From the IMG/VR virus record IMGVR_UViG_3300008267_000006, positions 1-64,000 of that record: a DNA stretch of 64,000 nucleotides. One strand, 5' to 3'. The notes under the pieces are model-generated. The model did not search any database and was not told the origin of the DNA. It was given only the letters and a program-made list of their open reading frames with translations. The position numbers and the translations under genes were made by a program. How positions within the stretch are numbered: position 1 is the stretch's first letter; the number at the start of each line of letters is the position of its first letter. Shown here piece after piece: positions 56,799 through 64,000 of this stretch. The DNA comes from a virus.

Positions 56799-57194
56799 TT
56801 AATATGCAGTAAAATAATAACCATATAAAGTTAATTCAAATACAAGATTTGTAGAATCAGTTGAAGCAGTTGTATTTTTCATATAGATACTTGTACCGCG
56901 AGAAACAATAAGACTATCAGAACATTCATCTCTTCCATATCCATTTACTGTAGTTGGATATGTAATAGAAGCAATATTATTATACGTATTAGCAACTGTT
57001 CCAAGTGTCATAATTAAACCGGTGGATATAGTGCCTGATATATGTTTTAATGTAGCATAATAAGGCATAAATGCTGATATTCCGGTAGACGGAGGTGTAT
57101 AAAATATTTCTGATCTATTTAGAGTTGACATAGTGGTTACTATTCTTGAATAGCTAAATAAATTTTTATGAGTTAGACCTGCTAAATAAGCCAT
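56799..57194 (-). CDS. Small Ser/Thr-rich beta protein (fibre accessory?)
   Basis: Coupled to upstream gene; composition. Confidence 0.5.
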   Translation of the reverse strand: MAYLAGLTHKNLFSYSRIVTTMSTLNRSEIFYTPPSTGISAFMPYYATLKHISGTISTGLIMTLGTVANTYNNIASITYPTTVNGYGRDECSDSLIVSRGTSIYMKNTTASTDSTNLVFELTLYGYYFTAY

Positions 57195-57631
57195 TATAAA
57201 TCCTCAAAAAATCCATGAATAATAAACGAACCAGTAATTTTACTAGTTCCTATAGTAAATAGAGAAATTATTAAATCTGTATTATTTGGAAGAGCAGAAT
57301 TAGTTATAAATGTAGTAAAATTTTCTATTATATTTGTTTTAACACCCGTACTACCATTTTGTGTTAAACTACCAGATGAAATATATGCATTTAGATTACC
57401 AGCATATCCTAGATGGAATCTTGGTGCAGTAGCTGCTGTACCATCAGCTGTATTATAATGAAAAGTTGTTTTTGTTGGTATAAAATTTCCAAAATCATCA
57501 CTACCAGAAAATATAGTATAAGTTCCAGCAGTAGAATTATTAATAATCTGTGACTTTAAATAAGCAAGTCTTGGTGGCGCAAAAGATGATGTTAGCGAGC
57601 CAGAAATAAAAATAGAATTATTATTATACAT
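57194..57631 (-). CDS. Small Ser/Thr-rich beta protein (fibre accessory?)
   Basis: FIPT motif shared with 57640..58089. Confidence 0.5.
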   Translation of the reverse strand: MYNNNSIFISGSLTSSFAPPRLAYLKSQIINNSTAGTYTIFSGSDDFGNFIPTKTTFHYNTADGTAATAPRFHLGYAGNLNAYISSGSLTQNGSTGVKTNIIENFTTFITNSALPNNTDLIISLFTIGTSKITGSFIIHGFFEDL

Positions 57632-57639
57632 TCATTGTC

Positions 57640-58089
57640 CTATACATATATTCCAAACATCCATGTTCTAACCGATACTGTGTTTGTAGTAGATCCTATA
57701 GAATAATCTAAACCAATAGATGCTCCAGCTGAAATACTTGATGTGCCAGCGGCTGTTATTAAAGTAGCCATAACATAAGAACCTGGCAAAATAGTAGTGC
57801 TGCTTATTACAACAGAAGAATTAGATATTGTTGAATCTACTGCTATGCTTGGAGTAGTAGTATATAATCCAACATTTGTTATATTTGCTGTTGCTGTAGT
57901 TGTTGCAGATAATAAACAATGAACTACTCTTGTTGGTATGAATCTTCCGCGATCACTTTTTAAATTAAATAAAAATATTGGATATATTGAAGAAGCATTT
58001 GTTGTTTTTGTCCAATCAGCTACATAGCAATCAAATGTACTTTCTAATAAGGATAAATATTTTGCGCTTATTATGGATGAATTTATCAT
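57640..58089 (-). CDS. Small Ser/Thr-rich beta protein (fibre accessory?)
   Basis: Coupled (TAATG) to giant fibre gene. Confidence 0.5.
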   Translation of the reverse strand: MINSSIISAKYLSLLESTFDCYVADWTKTTNASSIYPIFLFNLKSDRGRFIPTRVVHCLLSATTTATANITNVGLYTTTPSIAVDSTISNSSVVISSTTILPGSYVMATLITAAGTSSISAGASIGLDYSIGSTTNTVSVRTWMFGIYV

Positions 58090-61000
58090 TAAAATACCAA
58101 CCAGTTAGTTCCATCAGATATAAAATTATATGATGTATATTGAGTATAGATTGTTAAACCGGTAGCTTGACCATCAATTGTCGCAGCTGAAGATGTAACA
58201 AATAAAGAAGAAGTATGTAAATTTTTGATAACAAACGCGCTTCCTTGAATACCAGCTGCGTTAGGCAATGTTCCAGTCAACGAGCTACCACTAAATGCTA
58301 TAATATAATCAGTAGAAGCTGTTAAGTTATAATTAGAAGTTTTTGTTGATATTGCTAACTTAACTCCACCGCCAACTTGTAATCCATCTGATGTAATTAG
58401 ACTTCCAGAAACAACAACGCTTCCAGTGTATACTTCTAATATGTTGCTTCTTGCAGCATTTGAAGTTCCATTACCAACAAGCATAAGTGCTGTTGAGCTT
58501 GTCGCATTATATTTACCTTCAACATGTTGATAAGAAGCAGAAGCAATTGTCCATAAACCTTCTGCATGTGAATAATCACCAGAAGCTGTTACCCATTGAC
58601 CTTCTGCGTGCGATCCAATACCAGATGCTAAAGTTCCACTGCCCTCCGAATGCGCATAAGCGCCAGAAGTTACTGTTGAAATTCCTTCTGCGTGTGATCC
58701 TCTGTTGTTTGCAACGTTGCTGTTTCCATGAACAAGTATATATGCTTCAAGTGCTTTATTAGCATTTCCTAATGCAACAGAAGAGTTTCCACCTTGCGCC
58801 ATATTGTTAGAACCAACAATTAATGAATAGGTGCTGCTGATTGAATTACCGCCGGTTATCGAACCAATAACAACTCTACCATCAGCAAAAATAGCTTGTC
58901 CCGTTCCTCTTTGTGTTATTTTTAATGCTTGCGTAGAATTATTGACTTCTATACTTGATGTAGCAGAACCTGTAATATTTAAGGATCCACTGATGTTAAC
59001 TGACGCGGAAATATTTTGATTAGATGTAAATGTATTTATTGCAGCTAATCTAGCGAATGAAGAGGTAACATCAGCAGATTTAGCATAATCAGTTAAATCT
59101 ACAGTACCAGCAGATGCTGTTATAATACCTGTGTTATAATCTATTGAAATATTTTGTCCTGCAATAAATTGATTTCTTGCGTCTGTCGTAAAATTATCTA
59201 TATTTGAAGCAGTAATATTTGTTATGTTTGTTCCAATACCATTAAATGAACCAGTTACGCCACCACTAGAAGAAATATTAGAAGTAACTGTTAAAGAGCC
59301 TGTTATTATTTGATTGGCAGTAAAAGAGTTTTCATTTGATAATTTTGCATAAGGTTGTAGCGCGCTAGTTATTGCTCCAGATACTTGAACTGGGGTCGAA
59401 AACGAAGAAGAAACTCCGTCTAATGTTGCATAATTAGATAATATTAATCCACTTCCATCTCCATAGAATCCACCAGAAGATGAAATAGCGGCGGATGACG
59501 TTAAACTACCAGAAACTTTTAATCCTGGAAATATTTCTATATAATCTGTTACAAGATCGATTGGCGCATTGCCTTTTCTATACACTATATGAGCTACAGA
59601 GTTTTGTTCGCCAGTTGTAATATCAGTACTTCCACTTCCATATAATAACCCTGCTCCATCTAAGAGTTCATGAGTATTACTTCCACTCATTATGGTTATA
59701 TACTTATCACCAACAATTAATGATTGTTGATTTAATGTATTCAATAAAGCTATACTAGCAGTACCATTTACGATTATATCATTGCTGAATATGTTAGTTT
59801 GAGCAGCAAATGTATTAGCAGATCCTAATCTTGCATACGATGCAGTCAAATCTGTTTTTAGCCCAAAAGAACTGGAAACATCAGAAGACTTAGCATATGG
59901 GTTAAGAGCACCAGTTATAGCGCCAGATACTTCAGATCTAATTGGAAAATCATTTATCGCTGATGTTATTGCGCTTGAAACTTGTGTTGGGATAACAAAT
60001 GATGCAGAAACACCAGCTAATGTTGCGTAAGTTGTATTTGCTGTTGAAATTTCTAAATATGGAGTTAAAGCACCAGTTATTGCACCCGATACTTCACTTC
60101 TATTTGGTAAATTATTGATAGAGCTATTTATTGCACCAGTTACGCTTGCAGTTGTTGCATAAATTAATAATCTTTCATCAATAGCGCCAGTAACTTCTGA
60201 TCTGATTGGATATTGCACTAATGAATCATTTATAGCTCCAGTTACACTAGATGTTGTTGCGTAAGGAACAAGAGCGTCATTAATTGCTCCAGTTACTTCA
60301 GATCTAATTGGAAAAGCAACTTGAGAAGCAGTTATAGCACCAGAAACTTGCATTTCAGTTGTAAATGAAGCAGAAACACCAACTAATGTAGCGTATGTAG
60401 ACTGTGCATTAGTTATCGTTAAATATGGAGTTAGCGCTCCAGTTATTGCCCCAGATACTTCGGTTCTTACTGTATAATTTTCTAATGAAGCTGTTATGGC
60501 CCCAGAAACTTGAACCGGTGTTGTGAAAGATGCAGAAACATTATCTGATATTGCATACGAATATAAACTTGATGTTATCGCTCCAGAAATTTCACTTCTT
60601 ACTGCATAATTTTCCAGTGAAGCGGTTATAGCCCCAGAAGTTTGAGTGTGGGTTGTAAACGATGAAGATAGATCGGTCTTTGTAACATAATTAATTAATG
60701 AATCATTTATTGCACCAGTTACGCTAGATGTAAGAGCATACGGAATAAGTGATTCGCTAATAGCACCAGTAATTTCTGTTCTAAGCTGATTATTAGAAGA
60801 CGTAATCGTTGCACTTATTTGAGTAGGTGTTGTATAGGTTGTTTGTGCGTTTGATATAGTTAGATAAGGAGTTAAAGCACCAGTTATTGCTCCAGATACT
60901 TCAGATCTATTTGAAAAATCTCCAATAGCGGATGTTATTGCGCTAGAGACTTGGGTTGGAATAACGAACGAAGATGAAACTCCGTCTAAAGTTGCGTAAA

Positions 61001-63959
61001 TTATTTGTGCATTATTTATAGTTAAATATGGTGTTAATGCACCCGTTATAGCACCGGATACCTCTAATCTATTTCCAAACGAAGAAGATATTTCATCTCT
61101 TGTTGCAAAATTTATTATTGCAAAGTTTATCGCCCCAGTTACACTAGATGTTGTTGCATAAGGTACTAATGCATCGTTTATAGCTCCAGTTGTTTCTATT
61201 CTGGTTGGGAAATTACTAATTGCTGAGTTTATGGCTCCAGTAACGCTTGATGTTGTTGCATATGGAGATAAATCAATATTATAATAAGACGCAGTAAGAG
61301 CAAAACTTGAAGTTCCGGCAAAACTACTTACTGTGCTTGATGTGTATTCATTAAAACTTGAAGTTAATAAGTAATTTGTTTTTTCAAATCCTTCTAGATT
61401 TGAAGAAGTAAGAGAATTCGTTGCAAAGCTTGAAGTAAGCGGATATCCATTAACCCATTTTGTTCCATTATATACTAATGCTTCACCTGGTTGTTGTGAT
61501 TGTAAAAGAACGTCGGTTAGGCTACCTAAATTTGTAATTAATGGTGTGCCAGATGAACCTCCACCGGCTCCAGAAGCTCCTCTAAATAAACCAGCTTGAT
61601 AAATTCTAGCTATTGTATTATTTGTGAAGTTAGCAGCATTTCCTCTCATAACTGCATATCCAACTAATATGGCGCTGGTTGCAGTATTAGCTCCTTCTGT
61701 AAATTTTTCTGTATTTATGCTTGCTATCGCATCATCTAAGCTTGCATATTTTGCTTGACCATAATATGCAAATAAAGCACCATTTACAGCTCTTGGGAAC
61801 CAATAAATTCTTTGAACTGTATATTCGCTATTACCTACAGAGGATAATACAGATCCGTTTTGATATTGAGTTGGATCAAGTGAAGTATATCCAGCATTTA
61901 AAACTCCAGTATCTATTTTTGGAGTTGAGCCGCTCATATATTGACGGTAAATCTTAGATACAGTTACCGCTTGATCATTTTCAGATGTAATTATGTTAGG
62001 AATATTTGGATTATTTGAATAATTTCTTCCTTCAACATATGAATCGCCATTTGTTTTTGTAAGAGATAAACTGGTTGATCCGCTTGCTTCTAATACGTGA
62101 CCACTAATTTTTAATGGACCAAATGCTCTTATAAAATCAAGAGTATTAGAGCCTATTCCATAAGCACTTGGTGAAGTATTAAAAGCGCCATTTGTAATAG
62201 AACCGCTTTGATGTAAAACTCTTCCTAAATAAATTCTATCTTTAAATTCAGTAAAAGAAGGAGGATTAGTTGATTGTATTATTCCACCATTAGAGCCAAT
62301 GGATACATATGTTATTTCATCCGTTAAAATGTGATCAAGAGATACACCAGTTGATGTAGGCCAAGAAACAAAATTAACAGTAGGATAAGGATCGGATGAA
62401 GTTGATGCATTAAAAGAAACAATTAATCCAGAACCAGATAAAACATTAAACGTAGTGCTTCCATTTGTTGTAGATAGGATACCACCATGTAATAGTCCTG
62501 TATTAAGTAAACCTTCTAGCCACCTCAATCTAATTGTATTTGTATATGGACCCTGGTATTGAGTAAAATATACATCGTTTGTTGAACCCGATGTATAAAT
62601 ATATGAAGCTGTTGTATTAGTCGGTATGCTTGTTACTGTTACTGGTAGTAACTGTAAGTACGTATTTATTGATGCTTTATCTGTTGCAAAGAATGTTGAA
62701 GCGGTTAAGTTTGTAAAATTTCCAGTCGTGCCGCTAATAGTTGTTGCGATAACTGATGATAAAGAAATGTTATCTTTTAATCCAATTGGATCAGATAATT
62801 TGCCGCTTCCGGTTATATTTCCATTTGTTGCAGCACCAGTTATATAATTTGTTAAAGCTCCAGTAATAGCTCCAGAAACTTGTTGAGGCACAACAAAGGT
62901 TCCAGAAACTCCGGTTAAAGTAGCAAAAGAAGAGGAGACATTATCAGATATTGCATATGGATGTAGAGCAGCTGTTATAGCACCAGATACTTGAAAGCGA
63001 TCTGCAAATGAAGCAGATAGATTTTCTATAGTTACAAAAGTTCCAGATACACCACTTAGTGTAGCATATGAAGCAGTGACGCCATTTAGTGTAGCAAAAG
63101 TGCCAGAAACTCCAGATAATGTTGCATATGTTGATTGTGCGTTTGTTATCAATAAATATGGAGTTAATGCTCCAGTTATTGCTCCAGATACTTCGGTTCT
63201 TACTGTATAATTTTCTAATGATGAAGTTATCGCCCCAGATACTTCTACTCTCTCAGCAAAATTAATTGTTGATGAAGTTATTGCACCGGAAACTTGATTT
63301 GGTGTAGCAAAAGAGCTTGAGATATTATCTGAAATTGCATAAATTTGTAATGCACCAGTTATCGCACCACTTACTTCTGATCTACTTGAAAAATTAATTA
63401 TAGAAGCAGTTATAGCACCAGAAACTTGAACTGGGGTTGTGAATGAACTTGAAACATTATCTGAAACAGCATAAATCTGCAAGCTTGAAGTTATTGCACC
63501 GGAAACTTCATTTCTCGTTGAAAAATCTTGTATTGAAGAAGTAATAGCACCAGAAACACTTGATGGAATAACAAAAGTACCAGATACGCCTGTTAAAGTA
63601 GCATAATTAACTAAATTATTTACAGCTGATTCTGGAATATTATATAATCCAGCGCCATCTCCAACAAAAGATGCGGAAACACCAGAAGCACTTATATTTG
63701 TGGATACGCTTAATGTTCCATTTATTTGTGCAGCCGATGCAGTTAATTTTTGAATACTTATATCGTCTAATAATGTAACAGGATTTCCAGAAGTTCCGCT
63801 TCCGGTTATATTTCCTGATGTTTTTACTGTTATTGAACCACCAGCACCAACATCTCCAGCAATCCATGATTGTTTTGGTTCGGACCAAACAAGAGCTTGA
63901 CCATCAGAACCAGTTACATAGGGTATACCATATACTGAAAATCCGTCATTAAAAGACAT
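58089..63959 (-). CDS. Giant repeat-rich virion fibre/adhesin-like protein (1956 aa)
   Basis: Many VSGAIT/VTGAIN and YATLxGVS repeats; SHAEG YadA-head-like repeats; C-terminal ISDGTNW module. Confidence 0.75.
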   Translation of the reverse strand: MSFNDGFSVYGIPYVTGSDGQALVWSEPKQSWIAGDVGAGGSITVKTSGNITGSGTSGNPVTLLDDISIQKLTASAAQINGTLSVSTNISASGVSASFVGDGAGLYNIPESAVNNLVNYATLTGVSGTFVIPSSVSGAITSSIQDFSTRNEVSGAITSSLQIYAVSDNVSSSFTTPVQVSGAITASIINFSSRSEVSGAITGALQIYAISDNISSSFATPNQVSGAITSSTINFAERVEVSGAITSSLENYTVRTEVSGAITGALTPYLLITNAQSTYATLSGVSGTFATLNGVTASYATLSGVSGTFVTIENLSASFADRFQVSGAITAALHPYAISDNVSSSFATLTGVSGTFVVPQQVSGAITGALTNYITGAATNGNITGSGKLSDPIGLKDNISLSSVIATTISGTTGNFTNLTASTFFATDKASINTYLQLLPVTVTSIPTNTTASYIYTSGSTNDVYFTQYQGPYTNTIRLRWLEGLLNTGLLHGGILSTTNGSTTFNVLSGSGLIVSFNASTSSDPYPTVNFVSWPTSTGVSLDHILTDEITYVSIGSNGGIIQSTNPPSFTEFKDRIYLGRVLHQSGSITNGAFNTSPSAYGIGSNTLDFIRAFGPLKISGHVLEASGSTSLSLTKTNGDSYVEGRNYSNNPNIPNIITSENDQAVTVSKIYRQYMSGSTPKIDTGVLNAGYTSLDPTQYQNGSVLSSVGNSEYTVQRIYWFPRAVNGALFAYYGQAKYASLDDAIASINTEKFTEGANTATSAILVGYAVMRGNAANFTNNTIARIYQAGLFRGASGAGGGSSGTPLITNLGSLTDVLLQSQQPGEALVYNGTKWVNGYPLTSSFATNSLTSSNLEGFEKTNYLLTSSFNEYTSSTVSSFAGTSSFALTASYYNIDLSPYATTSSVTGAINSAISNFPTRIETTGAINDALVPYATTSSVTGAINFAIINFATRDEISSSFGNRLEVSGAITGALTPYLTINNAQIIYATLDGVSSSFVIPTQVSSAITSAIGDFSNRSEVSGAITGALTPYLTISNAQTTYTTPTQISATITSSNNQLRTEITGAISESLIPYALTSSVTGAINDSLINYVTKTDLSSSFTTHTQTSGAITASLENYAVRSEISGAITSSLYSYAISDNVSASFTTPVQVSGAITASLENYTVRTEVSGAITGALTPYLTITNAQSTYATLVGVSASFTTEMQVSGAITASQVAFPIRSEVTGAINDALVPYATTSSVTGAINDSLVQYPIRSEVTGAIDERLLIYATTASVTGAINSSINNLPNRSEVSGAITGALTPYLEISTANTTYATLAGVSASFVIPTQVSSAITSAINDFPIRSEVSGAITGALNPYAKSSDVSSSFGLKTDLTASYARLGSANTFAAQTNIFSNDIIVNGTASIALLNTLNQQSLIVGDKYITIMSGSNTHELLDGAGLLYGSGSTDITTGEQNSVAHIVYRKGNAPIDLVTDYIEIFPGLKVSGSLTSSAAISSSGGFYGDGSGLILSNYATLDGVSSSFSTPVQVSGAITSALQPYAKLSNENSFTANQIITGSLTVTSNISSSGGVTGSFNGIGTNITNITASNIDNFTTDARNQFIAGQNISIDYNTGIITASAGTVDLTDYAKSADVTSSFARLAAINTFTSNQNISASVNISGSLNITGSATSSIEVNNSTQALKITQRGTGQAIFADGRVVIGSITGGNSISSTYSLIVGSNNMAQGGNSSVALGNANKALEAYILVHGNSNVANNRGSHAEGISTVTSGAYAHSEGSGTLASGIGSHAEGQWVTASGDYSHAEGLWTIASASYQHVEGKYNATSSTALMLVGNGTSNAARSNILEVYTGSVVVSGSLITSDGLQVGGGVKLAISTKTSNYNLTASTDYIIAFSGSSLTGTLPNAAGIQGSAFVIKNLHTSSLFVTSSAATIDGQATGLTIYTQYTSYNFISDGTNWLVF
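59350..63610 (-). repeat. Degenerate coding tandem repeats in fibre gene
   Basis: Two main repeat blocks; identical 38-nt stretch at 60451-60488 and 63184-63221. Confidence 0.8.
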
Positions 63960-64000
63960 TCTTTATTTTTCCTTGTATTAACCAACTCCAGCAGAGCCAG

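Noticed and set aside
4338-62847. Plus-strand ORFs in the track other than 52120..52677 (e.g. 5616..6161, 41957..42739, 53606..54031)
   Set aside because: Antisense shadows of well-supported minus-strand genes, with no RBS or recognisable motifs
59350-63610. CRISPR array or DGR in the repeated region
   Set aside because: Repeats are in-frame, degenerate at synonymous positions and lack spacers; no RT or cas gene is present
1-64000. Alternative genetic code (stop-codon reassignment)
   Set aside because: Conserved genes are full length in code 11 and end at TAA, TAG or TGA as expected
63961-64000. 3' end of an upstream minus-strand gene
   Set aside because: Only a few codons are visible, too little to annotate

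Overview
64 kb, AT-rich segment of a large (probably jumbo) T4-like myovirus genome, with almost all genes on the minus strand. Right half (36.7-64 kb): virion morphogenesis, including a repeat-rich fibre, a bS21-like protein, scaffold, gp23-type major capsid protein, neck proteins, sheath, two tail-tube paralogues, tail chaperone, tape measure and baseplate. Left half: replication and repair (DnaE, PolA-like, DnaB, SSB, RecA, ligase, 5'-3' exonuclease, UvsE), a tubulin/FtsZ-like protein, nucleotide metabolism (NrdJ, thioredoxin, ThyX, dUTPase, IMPDH/GMPR, deaminase), sugar-nucleotide enzymes, and a proteostasis set (GroEL, GroES-like, Hsp20, ClpP, ATE/Bpt-like transferase). Strongest observations from reading the DNA: (1) two unrelated homing endonucleases each sit between a stranded 5' stub of an essential gene (thyX, dnaE) and a complete copy with a different 5' end; (2) the deaminase gene is split at a prfB-like +1 frameshift signal, GGAGG-TAT-CTT-T, with TCA in place of TGA; (3) a putative late-promoter motif, CTATTTAT, is the reverse complement of the T4 late promoter; (4) sigma70-type promoters are nested inside terminator-like hairpins; (5) a stand-alone paralogue of the capsid propeptide follows recA. 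All annotations come from motif recognition by eye; no searches were run.
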